A DNA stretch of 64,000 nt from Tubulanus polymorphus (taxonomy: Eukaryota; Animalia; Nemertea): positions 17,508,560 through 17,572,559 of the forward strand of contig NC_134027.1 in assembly GCF_964204645.1 (NCBI RefSeq), read 5' to 3'. The position numbers and the translations under genes were made by a program. Positions within the stretch are counted from its first letter, which is position 1; the number at the start of each line of letters is the position of its first letter. Shown one piece after another: positions 25,801-39,360 of this stretch. Under the pieces are notes generated by a model that saw only the letters and a list, made by a program, of their open reading frames with translations, ran no database searches and was not told the origin of the DNA.

Positions 25801-26751
25801 ACTGTTGAATTAAAACACATTGCCTGGTATGAGTGTATTAATTGATAAGAAATCGTGTATGTATTTGAAAAGAGAAAATTATAATAGCTTTTTGGCCAAC
25901 AACAACTACATGAATTTTTGAAATTATTCATTCTTAAGTTTGCAAGCAAACATAAATTGTTGGAACCCCTAGCTTAGGAATTTATAGTGTGTAGAACGAT
26001 ATTAAACATATTTTTCTTCTCAGAGTCATTAATTGACATACCAATGCTTGTACCATATAAAATAAGTTTTATAGTTGGAGGGCTTGTGAAATTATCTTTA
26101 ATATAACCTACCAATAACAGCCACAAATGGCATCATTGGTTGGCTTCTGTCCTGGCTAATTTGCTTCCTGTTTCCAACAATCTAAAAGAAAAAGCATTGT
26201 ATCTGAAATGAGTTACCCAGTAGTTTTATATTCATATGGTTGGTACATAATTCCTGAAAAAGATAATAGCGATTAGCTTTGTTAGGGAACATTATCCTTT
26301 CTAATCAGAGTTATATAAGTCAACAAAATTACCACGTCGCTGCAAAAAGAATTAAGTTCAAAATACAGACATTCTGCTGGGATTTGTTCTTGCACCTTGC
26401 CCATTTGATACACCGACATGATAAATGCATGAGTTTCAAAAATTGAGGAGGTATTAGACAAAAATTGCCCTTGAAAAATAGTTGGAATGTGGAAACATCT
26501 ACAAAGCTTATGAAAATATTTACTTACACCGTATACCCCGATGATATCTAAAGGGTTTCACCGAAATATGTGACCAACAATGGCAATACCGCATCCACTT
26601 GTGGAGTGATGTTTTTCACATCATCAACAAGAGTTTGATTGCTCTAACATGCTGTTTATGTTCATGTTGTTATCATGAAGTTAAAGAACCTGTTGCCTTT
26701 ATTTCGTCCGATAAGACTCTCATCAAAGAAGTCGATTGACTGCTCTGTTAA

Positions 26752-27165
26752 CCCATTAGCACTCAAGCCTCCCATATCCGCCCTGCCTATTACTCCTCAA
26801 GCCGCCCGTATCCGCCCTGTATGCTGCACAAAAACGGTTATAGTGGGATCCTAACCCAATCTCTTATGATAAAGTAGACACCCAAGCCCTTGAAATACCG
26901 TACAGAAATCAACATCCTCCTATTTAACTTTCTCGAATATTTGAAGTATGAACATGACAGGTCTGAGCGCTCACAAGGACACGATTTTGGTGGCCCACCT
27001 CATCAAATCATACATTATTTGAAAGCCTTGATTATTTGCTACAGAATAACACCAACTTCAAGTGCATGAAATAAACAGCAAATGAGTTATTCGGTATCGT
27101 AGAACTTGGATTTTCCCTTGAATTTTCTGAGGAATCATCAACCACTGTTATCTGTTTGACTGAGA
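26752..27165 (+). mobile_element. piggyBac-like MITE P3 (degenerate right end)
   Basis: TTAA-cccattagcactcaagcc; colinear with 34966-35398. Confidence 0.7.
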
Positions 27166-27179
27166 TGTTTCAGAGTTAG

Positions 27180-27590
27180 GCAAGTCAGGACAGAATGACT
27201 TGTATCCATATTTGTTGGCAGCAGGCTTCTCCTTTTTTGAATTCACCACTGTCTTCAGATTTTTATTTTGAACATATTCTCTCAAACTAACACCAAACTT
27301 CCTTTTGGATGATGATTACATTTTTCAAGGAAGTTGTCAGTCAGTATTCTCACCATATGCAGTCTCGCTTGATAGTCCAAGAGACACCCTTTCTCAGATC
27401 CCTTATTTATGATAGGAGCAAATTTGCTCCATGGAATTTCGTACGGTTTCTCCCAGCTCGGATTAAAGGACCTAGAACCAGGACTATTACTGTTCTCATT
27501 GGATATAATATTGGTATCGGTGTGAGATGCTATATGAACAATATTAGCGGTACGCGATGCTTCGTCAACCATGGTAGCAGGTTCACCTGA
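27180..27590 (-). pseudogene. Relic coding sequence resembling SAMD3-like accessory proteins of DNA transposons
   Basis: YEIPWSKF...G......RLHMVRILTD pattern in ORF 27282..27572; recognition from memory only. Confidence 0.35.
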
Positions 27591-27819
27591 AAGATGTAAT
27601 GAATAAATTTGGTGTCGAGAACCACTCTACTTTGTGGTTTGAAATGCTCGATGATCCAACAATCTCAAAATTCAATGCCTCTGTTTACCCTGGTGAACGT
27701 ATGCAGAAGCCAATGACCTTGAAAACTAGCCTACCACAATCATTCATAATCTCAGCTTTGCTATTGATAGTGATTACAAAATACGCATAGGTACCAATGT
27801 GAATTGAAAGATTTAATCA

Positions 27820-28682
27820 ATTTTCGCTCTCAAGATGGCCGTCCTATGACCTTTTAGTGCCCAAAAATGTAAATTGGCCCGAATTCTGAGTCCTGTAGCT
27901 TCCTACTGGTTTGCAATTTCTCATTGCAATTTTTGATGGGTATTCTTTGGAAAGGGAAGTTTTATACCTGGGAGAGGTATTTTTGATCAGCCAATTATGG
28001 CGCAATTGACAGCCATCTTGGTGTCATCAGTACTCATTCGTAGGTGGGAAAAAGTTATTCCGCATTATATTAATACCTTAGCATAATTTGTTACCACAAT
28101 CAATTAGAAAGTTGTAGCCCATAACGTTATCTATGATTTTGGTGAGTTTCAAGGTCATTGGTTTTTGTATATGGCCACCAGGGGGCAATGAATAATACAA
28201 TAACTTAGTATTTCTATATTATGTTTGTACCTATGCATATTTTTTTACCACAATCAATTGCAAAGTTGTAGCTCATGACATCATCTATGATTGTGGTGAG
28301 TTTTAAGGACATTAGTTATTCTTCGTGGTCACCAGGGGGCATTTGAATAGTACAATAACTTAGTATTTCCTTATTAGATTGGTACCTAGGCATATTTTTG
28401 TTACCATGATCCATTGCAAAGTTGTAGTTCATGACCTTGTCTATGATTGTGGTGAGTTTCAAGGTCATTGGGATTTGCATATGGTTTGGGATATGCATAT
28501 GGTCACCAGGGGGCGTTGAATAGTAGAATAACTTAGTATTTCCATATTGAATTGGTAACGAGGCATATTTTGCTATCACAATCAATTAAAAAATCATAGC
28601 TGCTGACATATTGTTTATTTGTGGTGAGTTTCAAGGTCATTGGTTTTTGAATATGGTCACCAGGGGGCGTTGAATATTTGAA
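27820..28682 (+). mobile_element. Helentron-like family H1 copy, four tandem units, 3' end missing
   Basis: Matches 1-803; ggtcaccagggggc-type motif at about 28173, 28327, 28501 and 28655. Confidence 0.8.
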
Positions 28683-28689
28683 AGTGTTA

Positions 28690-30440
28690 GGATAAAAACC
28701 CTCTATTTACAAATTAAAAGAAATCAAAAATCGAGAATTTATTAATTGAAACAATCTAAAATATAACAACACGAAGTTTCGATCTCACACTAGAGATCAT
28801 CGTCAGGTGTGAGATATTGACTAAAAACAGGGGTATATATACAGAGGAGAACAGGTTAATTGAGTAAATTGATGAGTGAGTAACTAATTAGTATTTGGCA
28901 AGGCATGAAGTAATATACTTAGAAAAGAGGGAATTGTGAGGAGAAAAGCCTTTATTTAAATTGGTACTAATATCTCAGTGATGAGTAATTAGGGCAGACT
29001 CAACTATGTGTAATTGCTGGAAGTATAAATAATTTCAGCTTTATCAAAATTAAAACGATGACCAGTGTTCCAAACGTGATCGGTTACGCCACTAGCTGGT
29101 TTTTGATTTATTATATCCTTTTTGTGTTCCGAAACTCGAGTTTTTTAATCACGACCTGTTTCTCCAAAGTACATTTTCTCACAGCCAAAACAAGGAATTT
29201 TGTAAACTCCGCAGTCCAAAGGTTTAGATTGATTGTTTTTTACCAAAATCTTGCTAATTTTCTGGAGGTTTAGAATTAAAGAAAGTACATTTAGCTTTAG
29301 AAATAGCGATTTTCAAAATGTGATCAGGGTAAGCAAATTTTTTAAGAGAGTTAGATATATGGTCAAATTCAGCCGAAAGGAAGGTTTCATCGCAGATGCG
29401 CAGTGCACAGAGAAAGAGGCTTGAGCGAGACCAATTTTGATTGATTTAGCAGTAAATGAAAAGAAATGGAGATATGCCTCAGCGTTGATGGGTTTACGGT
29501 AGACTGAAAAAATCAAATGAGAGTATTTATTGTGAATTAGAACATCTAAAAACGGAATTTGGTCATTTTGTTCCCATTCAAAAGTGAATTTCAAAGATGG
29601 ATATTGGGAGTTGATGAAGTCAATAAAAGAGTTAAGATCAAAATCATCAGAAACAGAAGCACAGAATGTCATCAACATATCTAATCCAAAAATTAGGTTT
29701 AGAGCCAGCGTAATTGGGAAGAATTTCGTATTCAAAATGTTCAAGATAAAGATTAGCCAAAATGGGGGATAATGGGTTACCCATAGCGAAACCGAAAATT
29801 TGTTCATAGAATTTGTCTTGGAATTGGAAGTATAGATTGGTTGTACAGAGCTCCAAAAGTTCAAGTAAGTAATCTACAGGAATCGGGAGATCAAGATTGG
29901 AGTCCCAAGTTTCTTCTTAAGAAATTGAGAGTTGGTTCCAATGGTATATTTGTAAACAAGGATATAGCTTCGAAAGATATAAATTTTTGGCCATTAGGTT
30001 TGAGATTTTTGAGTTTGTCTAAAAGATCCATATTGTGCCGAATGTGAGAATCAGAAAAAGTACCCAGAACCGGGGAGAGTACTTTAGCCAGATATTTGGA
30101 GAGCCGATATGATGGAGAATTTATATTAGAAATGATCGGTCTTAAAGGTGAATTGGGTTTATGAGATTTAGGAAGACCGTAAGCATAAGGAAGATTTGGA
30201 AGCCGAGAGTTGAATTTGGAGATGAAATCCGAATGATCAGGAAATTTCTTAGAGATGTTTTTTAAACCTAAATTAAAAGCTGATTGCATCTTTATCAAAG
30301 GGTTGTTTTTGATGGATTTGTAGGAATTGGAATCACCGAGAATAGCAAATATTTTAGAATTGTAATTGATCAAATCTTGAATAACAATTTTGCCGCCTTT
30401 ATCAGCCTTGGAGATGCGGATGGTTTTGATGGAGTTTAGA
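28690..30440 (-). mobile_element. Decayed, 5'-truncated Penelope-like retroelement
   Basis: KADKGG, YGLPKSHK..PLRPIIS, GFAMGNPLSPILANLYLE, WIRYVDD, IPFLDV and VYRKP across frameshifted ORFs; hammerhead motif in the 3' end. Confidence 0.9.
28770..28809 (-). ncRNA. Minimal hammerhead ribozyme motif (Penelope-associated)
   Basis: Minus strand: cac-CTGACGA-t-GATCTC-tagtgt-GAGATC-GAAA-cttc-gtg. Confidence 0.75.
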
Positions 30441-32058
30441 CAATTCCCTTCTTTCTAAGTTTTTTTTCATTTCGTCGCATGTCGACGGAGTCTTCATAAT
30501 GGCGCTGGAGACCTTTCCGGAAATAACTTGCTCACAAAATGCCGTGCACGTAAACTCATCTTTTGTACCATAAACGTTATGCGGTTAGTGCCATTTAAAA
30601 TGTTACCAATCAAAGATAAAATGGTGAAAAGATGAAACCGTGAAACGTTCCAGTTATGCAGTAATTAACAGTCAAAGTTCAGTATTTTTTGCAAATATAT
30701 GTTCCATCCGGGAAATTAATACCTTCATTCTGCGGGGATCACGTGGGCTCTTTCAGCTAATCACTGCTCTTCAACAGGGTAGGCCGCGGGATACATAATC
30801 ACGCTTGTGACGTCATTGTGAGAAAGCTGCGCTCTGATTGGTTGTTTAGGGAATACCCTCAGCATCAGCAGCTGTGGTATTCCCCAAACAACCAAGAAAT
30901 TGCACAAGGGATACACGCCATTTTGACGTCTTGGGTTAGTGAAGTTCGTGTTTTTTGCTGAATAGGTTAGAATTATCTAATGTAGTGTAAAAACCCAGTT
31001 AAGTGTGGCCATCCTGTGTCCAATGTTGATGGAATTCTGATTTTGATTTATTCCGTCAATGTCAAGCCTGCAAAATTCTTAGAAAAAGTAAATTAAACAG
31101 CTTTACAGTGATGTTAGCAGGTGTTTTCTGTTGGATTTCTAGCCACAAACCGTCATTTACCTAGGCTAATGATTAACGGAGCTACATTGCATCAATATTA
31201 AAGTATCAAACGTAAATTTTAGTTGCGATTGTCAACCACGTTAGTGTGCCCTTCTAATAATTGTTAATTATCAAATTCAAATTTCAACTTGATTCATTTC
31301 TGTTCTTAGATCTGTTCTCAGCCGCGTATGGGCCTATGTAACCATAAAATGAGTAAAATATTTCCATCTTTTTCAGATATTTCATTGTTCTCCAATCCCT
31401 GCTTAATGGAGTAATTTACAGTTATCTCTCATCGTTATACAGATTGTGAAAGTGTGTTTCATAGTTTCGCATGGGTTATCGGTATAACACTGATATTATA
31501 AACATGTAGCAGCTCAAGATAATCCTGTTTACGATATTTTCAAGTTTGCATATCCCAATCGTGTACATTGTTTCATTACGATATTAAAAAGCCGGTTTTG
31601 TGTCTATAGATTTCTAAATCCAGTGTAGCAACCTTTTAATTTTAACCACCTTCAAGTATCTTCCCAACAAATCGCCACAACGCCGATGGCAGCTACGAGA
31701 ATTAATCCTCTTTATGTGTTGCTATAGAACCGGCAAATTTAGACCTCAAAGATTTTCGGTGCACGGGACACCGCTATTGGGGCTTGATGTAAACGAAACA
31801 AAATTAACTATTAAAATGCATTCTGAAATGCTCCCGGAATGCAAATAAGTCAATTTACTAAATTTTCCGCGCAATTATTTGCGACGAACCAGACCGCGCT
31901 ACACGCTTCTGCCTATGAGGTACGGTTGAGGAAGGCCGTACCGATAGTTTATACCTCCCGCCGGCCCTGCACCTATCTTCACCTCAAATCCAGAAGTTTT
32001 TGCTAGTGATAACGAGTAACCTTTAAATGCTAATAGCAAAGACAGTCTTGTTGATTTT

Positions 32059-33105
32059 CATGGGCTTGCATGCTTGCAAGCCCATATTGCTATCACAGGG
32101 ATTGATAACTTGCTTGGGGAGTCGATAACTTTCGTTAGAACCTTTCTTGGGCTCTGATATTTTACACACATTTAATGCAGTAATAAAATCTAGGTTCCTC
32201 GGTTGTCGTTTTCATTGTTGATATGATTTTGTTTAATCGTTTTTGTTATTTCAGTAGCGCATACCAACCTTGGTTGAGCGTGCGTGATCAGGCTTGAAAT
32301 TGGTATTCATGCGCGGCATAGTGCTGCCGGCAATTCTATTCATTCTTTATTGACACAAAATTTCACAATAAAACATTTACTTCCACGTTTTTAATAAAAT
32401 TCTTGTTATTTTCTTTTACTTTCATTGGGTACTTGTGTTAGCAGCCATTTGTAGATTCTCTGGATGAACATTTATATTTTTCAGTTTAAATACCTAAAAC
32501 TTAAAAATCGCTTTTCTGTAAAATAAATTCTGAATTGAATTGAAGACTGGTTCCCTGTCTCTTCAAAGAGCCAGGGGGCGGTAGCCTATGGTGACAATAA
32601 ACTTTATCGGATGATCGTAGTGGATTGTCATTTGAAGGAAATGTAACTTAATCTTACTTAATGTCTTTATTATTTTAAAAAGAAAAATTGTGGCTCTTAT
32701 CTATTTTCGTGTTCGCTTCTCCTCACCTGAAGTCACTCGAGTTAGTCACGTTTTTCTTTCAGCTGTAAATTTTTCTGTGCAAAATCATTTCAACACAATC
32801 ATGACAATCCGATAAGTAATCTAGCAATTATCAACATGATGATAGATTCTGTTAAGACACTGCAATATTCAAATAACAATCCAAAAGCTTGAACTAACTT
32901 GGTCCACGTCTACAATAAAATCATTCCTATCCCCAGTCCCCGTGTGTAACATTTCATGTAACGATATAAGACAACACTGATCACTTAGCTCTTTAAAAAG
33001 TAATCAGTTCAAAGTTCGATTAATTCGACTACAGAAATACAAAACCACCAAGCAAGCTTTCCGTACAACCATGTCAGCAAGCCCATTTTTAGAATTTCTT
33101 TCTTG
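32059..33105 (+). mobile_element. Helentron-associated element H4 (termini related to H3)
   Basis: 5' atgggcttgc...gcaagcccat followed by tgctatc; 3' gcaagcccat...tcttg then tttt. Confidence 0.65.
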
Positions 33106-33205
33106 TTTTACTTTTAAACAGTTCCTTTAAGTAAAATTGCTGAAATATTTTATATATATTGTTACATTAATAACTTTGTAATGACAAATAATGTGTTATA
33201 ATCAG

Positions 33206-34320
33206 GGGCTGGTTTTATAGACTGGTATTAACTTTGTCCTATGGGTTAACTAAATTGAAAATGAATAGATTTAGCCCCCGGTTAAAGTTTTTAAAGTCTT
33301 TAACCCTTTCAATGCCACATAGTGTTTCCACTGCTGTACCGGAGGGAATTTAGGGGTTTATAGGGTTATATTTGAAACTTCATAGGATAGTTACCAAGGT
33401 ATCTGACACAGAAAATTTATATAGCATGTTGTTGATAACTTTTGGGCCAACAATTTAGACATAAATGATTTGGATATAAGTGAACTTGCGGTCAAGGTCA
33501 CATACTCCAAGATGGCCGCCATGAAAAAAATTCACGAAAAAGTTTCAGATAAACTGCTCTGTCTCCCAGAAAAATGCACTGATCTATTCAATTCCAACTG
33601 AAATTAAATGCCATATATCCTTACTTTATGTAGTAAAAATTTCAAAGCAATAGAACAACTACAAAAATTTATTTTTCCGCTCATTTACCAACTTCTCCAC
33701 CGATATGTCGGAAGGCCGGATGTAAGGGGTTTCATTGGGGTATAATTTCAGGCCTCAGAAAATTTTAACTTATGTATTTGACACTGATACATTGTATACC
33801 ATGGTGTTGATAACCATTGGGCTTACAAATAAGACAAATTATTTGAATATATGTGACCTTGAAGATGGACAGTTTCTGGTTCTTCATTATTGTTATTGGT
33901 GTCCGTTACCATGACAACCGTATCAACAGGGTCTAAAAAAATTGTCACTGATTTCATTTTCATCATCAAAATCATTGCTGGCACTATAAACCTACTTTCT
34001 GACTAAGTCACATCATCTGAACTGCTGCTGTCATATTCGTTGTCACTCTCAATTTGTTCACTACCAAATTCCAAGTCACCAGCATCACTGTCAGCATCAT
34101 ATATGAGCTGCTGAACCGTTTCATCCAGCCAAATTGTTTTTTTCATGGCTGTTGCCATCTTTGATTTTATGCAGATGGCAGCAACGGCTGATACTGATAG
34201 ATATGCCCTTCTAGAAGAAGGGTTAAGTGATACCGTATCACATACAATACGGGTATGCTAGCTTGTCAATTTGTACCGTATGCCATACGGTAGTGGGATT
34301 GAAAGGGTTAAATCTGGCCC
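33206..34320. mobile_element. Short PIF/Harbinger-like MITE (CAG TSD) carrying a piggyBac-like insertion
   Basis: cag-gggctggttttatagact ... agtct[TTAA insert]atctggccc-cag. Confidence 0.6.
33304..34307 (-). mobile_element. piggyBac-like deletion derivative P4
   Basis: TTAA-ccctttcaatgccac ... gtgggattgaaaggg-TTAA; minus-strand acidic N-terminal remnant (LIYDADSDAGDLEFGSEQIESDNEYDSSSSDD). Confidence 0.85.
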
Positions 34321-34719
34321 CAGGCCTTTATTTATTGTTTATTTTTCATTGAGAGATTTTATATTGCAAAATTTTTGAAAATATTAATATATATGTATAT
34401 ATAAGATATATAAGTTGGACAACCATTATTTGCCTTCTCTTTTTTTGTTTTTGCTGATGCTGTTATTAATCTGCTTTTAAGAGGTATTCAGTGATGTGCA
34501 ACTGGAATGGTTTGATAGAGCATCAAACATAAACCTCAAAAGGAATTACCAGTGAATTACAAGTTTCAGCTCACGTGTAACTTTGAGGAAATATGCCCAA
34601 AAAACAAGCATAACTTTTAAAATTAAGACAGTAATGAATTCTGAATTACATTTCAACACAAGTGGTGACATGTATATTTGTTATACATGTAATTGTAATT
34701 GATAAGTTTAGATACATGG

Positions 34720-34910
34720 ATCACTTAGTATTTCCATATTATATTGGTACCTATGCATATTTTGTAACTATAATCAATTGCAAACTTGTAGCTCAAGGCA
34801 TATTCTATGATTGTGGTGAGTTTCAAGGACATTGGTTTTGTATATGGTCACTAGGGGGCGTTGAATAGTACAAACACTTAGTATTTTCATATTATATTGG
34901 TACTGAGTAT
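34720..34910 (+). repeat. Single H1 tandem-core unit
   Basis: One approximately 154-bp monomer including ggtcactagggggcgttg. Confidence 0.75.
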
Positions 34911-34965
34911 ATAAATGACGACCTGGGTTCAGCCTTATAGAAAAAAAATCACTTATTTGTCTTAA

Positions 34966-35398
34966 CCCATTAGCTCTCAAGCCGCCCGTATCCGCCCCGG
35001 CACTTTTTTCTTAACGGTAACAGCTATAGTGGGATTCGAACCCAATAGCTTATGATAAACTACACACCTAAGTCCTCGAAATATGGAACATTAATCAACA
35101 TCCTCCTATTTCAATTTCTCTAGTTCGAGTTTGAACATGACACATCCAAGCGCTCACTTCAAATCCTAGTAGGCTTGGATGAATAATAGGGGGTCAAAAG
35201 TATGCGATTTTGTAGGCCCACCTCATCAAATCTTCCATCATATGGAAGCCTTGGCCATTTACTACAAAAAACCCCAACTTGTAATGCATGGAAATAAACA
35301 GTAAATGAGCTAATTGGTACCGTGATGAACTTAGATTTACCTCGAATTTTCTGAGGAGTCATTGACACTACATTGTTCAATTCCTGAGTGCTAATTGG
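34966..35398 (+). mobile_element. piggyBac-like MITE P3
   Basis: TTAA-cccattagctctca ... tgagtgctaattgg-TTAA. Confidence 0.8.
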
Positions 35399-36199
35399 TT
35401 AAATCAGTAGAATTAAATTTGGATCATTGACCTATATAGTGTATGCATCTCGGCTGCAGCCGTGTCTTAGCGCCACAATGATGCGTCATCTTTGCCAAAC
35501 AAACATACACGTGTGTGACTCGGTACTCATAGCCTATACATAAAATCTATAAGACAACAGCATTCCTTCACTATATTCACAGCTCTACTGCTGGCTATTC
35601 ATGTATGTTTGTTGTGTTATGTATAACAGTATCAACGCTATACCTAAAGAATTTAGGCTGACGTGCAGAGCACGCATATTAGCTATTCTTCACTGCAATG
35701 ACATCAGCAAACGCGCACCTGCTGTGTATGGCAAACTGGTGAAAATAGCCGACTTCGAAGTCTTATTTCTCAGTAATGGCTTTACTAAAATCAAAATTAG
35801 TTACACACTTATCAGTTATACGCATATCACATTTAGAAAATGGATTTTACACAATATTCTATGTAGAGGGAAGTGATTCATTCTTCGAAAAGTTTATGTC
35901 TTCTGTGTTGCTTTACTTGTCACTCGCACTAATTGAAGATACTGATGTTGTGGTGTTCTTACGCAGTTTAACTATTTCATGCGTAATTAAAACTTCGATT
36001 TCTTCCCTTCCATCATTTGTTTCAATTTTTACTCGCACTTCATCGTAGTAAGTGCTTTAAGTTTTTTGTTCGAACAAGTTTATTGTTCGATCAAAAGGTT
36101 TCTTGTTCCAAACAACAAAATTTTGATGGAACTAAATGGTCTTTTCGTTATAATGATTTATCTTTATTCGAACAAAATAATCTTTTCACTCGAACACAC

Positions 36200-36720
36200 G
36201 GGTATAATCTGAACCTTGGTTTTCTTTGTGTCCAATATCCATATCATGCCTTTTAAGTTTAAGCCCATCTTCCATGTCTCTGACCATGTACGGAACAGCT
36301 TGTTTAGGTCGTTTTGGAAATTTAATCGGTCCGGTACATTTTGGATTACTGAGTATATTATTTATCACGACAGTGAAGAGAAGAGGACTTAGGATTCTAC
36401 TTTGCTTGACTCCCTTAGTTAGGCCGACTTATTCCGAGGTGTTCCGTTGATTTCCACCTGTTTTCGTTCGGAGATAACTGCTGAGCCATTAAAGCGACCC
36501 ATCATTGATACTGTTTCCCAATAGCTTGTTTGGTAATGGCTGATGTTGTACTTATCAAATGATTTGTGACGAAATCCATAATGACAAATTAAGACCTAAC
36601 AGTCGATTATCCAGAGTCAAATAAGACCATCTGATCCAGTCATACATGGCTTCGAGTAGGTATAATTGACTGTTTGTCGACCTTCCTTTTATAAAACTGT
36701 GTTGACTGTTGAACAGGATT
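36200..36720 (-). pseudogene. Relic non-LTR reverse transcriptase
   Basis: Minus strand TKGVKQSRILSPLLFTVVINNIL resembles the GVxQGxxLSPxLF RT motif. Confidence 0.5.
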
Positions 36721-37633
36721 GTAAGACTGTGCAGAAAACCCTTTATCGCTGCTTTGCAGCTATATTCTTATATCTGTTATTTTGTTCAGCACGTCAACTT
36801 ATCAGATTAAGATTGAGTTCTTAATAGAAAAAATCAGATCTTTAGTGATCGATGTGATGTAATCAAACTGCTTCACGAATGCATGTTGACATCAATTAAC
36901 ATTTATTGAGTACACGTGGTTAGTTCAGTTTTACAACAAGTACATATACACAAGCTCTATATGCCAACGGGTACGATTAGTTTATGCAACTCCCAACGGA
37001 ACTATGAAAGCACCAAACAAGGTAAATCAGTACTTTTACGTGGTAGTGTGGATCCACATATCCTGGATGTGTGTCGCACTGCTTCAAAATAGTCGTATGC
37101 TATAAACTGATAAGAATTATTTGGTGAAATCTTTGTGCGCTTCTGAGTACGACACCAGCAAGGCAGAAACCCGTTGTCGCTGCTTTGCAGCTATATTTTT
37201 AATTATTATTTTGGGGGTAAAGTTGGTAGACCTGGATGTTTACTTGAGAATGAAATGTTGAAATGCAAAACAAATCATGCGTGGCTGAGCACTAGCATGT
37301 TTATGAATCGCCCAATCGGTGTCGAACCAAATTTGCGGATTGTTCCTTTGTGTACGTCTATTGTTAAATGACCACCTGCCTGTTGGAAAATTGATTTAAA
37401 ATCACTCCTTGTAACTTTTTCCTATTGGAAAATGTAAAAACCAAGTAATTCAAAAGACCATCAGCAGGAATCAAGGACTTAGTGTCTGGAAAGTAACAGA
37501 TATTGAGAAATACTGAATCTGATGTATCAAGATATATAGAAACCTGCTTCAGGTGATTTAATTGTCTGGTCTCCAATTATGTGAAGTGCAAGCGGAACAT
37601 TTATAAATAAGCGTATATAATGCAATAATCCTT

Positions 37634-39001
37634 ATTAGGGTTTCTGCTGCCTCGGCAGAAACCCTATTGGATTCCTGCTGATTATCATTCTAACATATTT
37701 TCCACTGAGTTTCGTCAAATAAAAATCATCTTCTATTAGATTTGACTACTAACAACTTTGAAACGAAATGCTTAACTCTGATAGTAATATAACAGTCTCT
37801 TTCTGCGCGTAGTTTCTATGGATGTACTGTGCTTCCTATTTTAAACTTGAAGTTACTTAAAGATAAGACCGGTGGAAAAAGCAATCATTAATCATGGTGC
37901 GCATACTGGCTCGAATCTGAAAGTTTGTGACGTCATTTCATAAATAAATAAAGAAGGAAGGCTCCGAGAATATCCAGGTTACTGTGAATAACTGGGGTTC
38001 GACCATTCACAAGTTAAAAATGTACTTCCTTGTTTGTGAAGTAAGTTTATTCATACTGTTATTAAAAGCAGTTCCTTTTAAACAACCTATAATAGTATAG
38101 TTTTGTTCGTGGATATCAATACTTCGAAAAATCAACAGCGGTTTATTTATTTACTGTACCGGTACGCGTTATCTTAATTGAATTGAATTAGTCAGGTCCA
38201 AAAGGCGTGTAATACTGGCGTGTAATACTAGTTAGCATCAGAAAATGTCAGCGTCGGTGATACCTTGTTATCGTCGATATTAAACGGTCTAAAGTCAGTT
38301 TATACATCACATACATTACAAATTGCAGGTCCCTTGTACATGTACATCACATCGTGACGCAGCGGCGATGGTAATGTCATAGAAGAACAAAGTCAGTTGA
38401 AAACACCCACCCACTGCACCGATAAAAGAATGATTGCTAGCCAGAGACCAGTGACAGTTAGTAATGGGGAGTGATGGTACCGTTCGTGGTTATGTTTTTA
38501 TAATGGTTATTGGACGTGAATTTCATATGTGAATTGTAGTCCCCATCTGATCGCTTGACTTGTCAGACTGACTTGTCACTCCTCTACTAATAGTAACACC
38601 ATAAGGCCTTCCCTCCTGCATAGTTTACCCTATAGGCCAAATTTGTGCTTTGGGCCAAATTCGGTTTTCTTATCTAGTCGACTTTTTTTCAGAACTAATA
38701 ATAACCGAATATGTGCTTAAACTGTCACTAGGGAATGGTAAAAACACCGTAGCTTCGTTCTTTTCGATGTTATTTCCCCCAAAACCTGGCACATTAGTAC
38801 TTTGCGCGTAGTAGCACATGCGCGTAGTAGCACATGAGGGTAGTAGCACATGTGGGTCAACATATCCATGTTGTGAGTTGACCCCTAGGTGGCACTTTCA
38901 AAAAAACGGAATGTAACAAATCGATTTCGGTTGAAATCTTTGCTCGCATCCCTGAACGACATTCTATCCAGAAAACCCGTTATCGCTGCTTGCAGCTATA
39001 T
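37634..39001 (+). mobile_element. Helentron-associated element H5
   Basis: 5' tagggtttctgc...gcagaaacccta hairpin; 3' gaaaaccc plus gctgc-tt-gcagc stem-loop and T-run; orphan 3' ends at about 36731-36765 and 37164-37195. Confidence 0.65.
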
Positions 39002-39360
39002 TTCATACTTGTATTGGTTCGACTCCATTTTTAGGACCATTCAAAAACATGGTATGCTCAGCCATGCATGACTTATTTCTTGCATTTTAAAATTCCATTC
39101 TTGAGTAAACATACAGGTCTACCAACCTTACCCCCAAAAAATCTATAACAATTATAATTAATGAGTAATTAATCTTTCAGATACAGTAACACATTTTTAC
39201 CTTCATGAAGTAGTCATGAAGGTTATAAGATGGTAGTGAGTTGATGACGTCATATTCGTGTCGCCACTTATAACTTGTTGGTGGGAGTTCGGAGGAAGAT
39301 TTGTCAAACAAATAAATACTTTAATCTTATTAATGCAGAGGGTGAAATTTCGGTTTATTA

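Noticed and set aside
34482-34552. Candidate host exon after cttttaag
   Set aside because: Weak donor, phase mismatch with exon F and no domain similarity.
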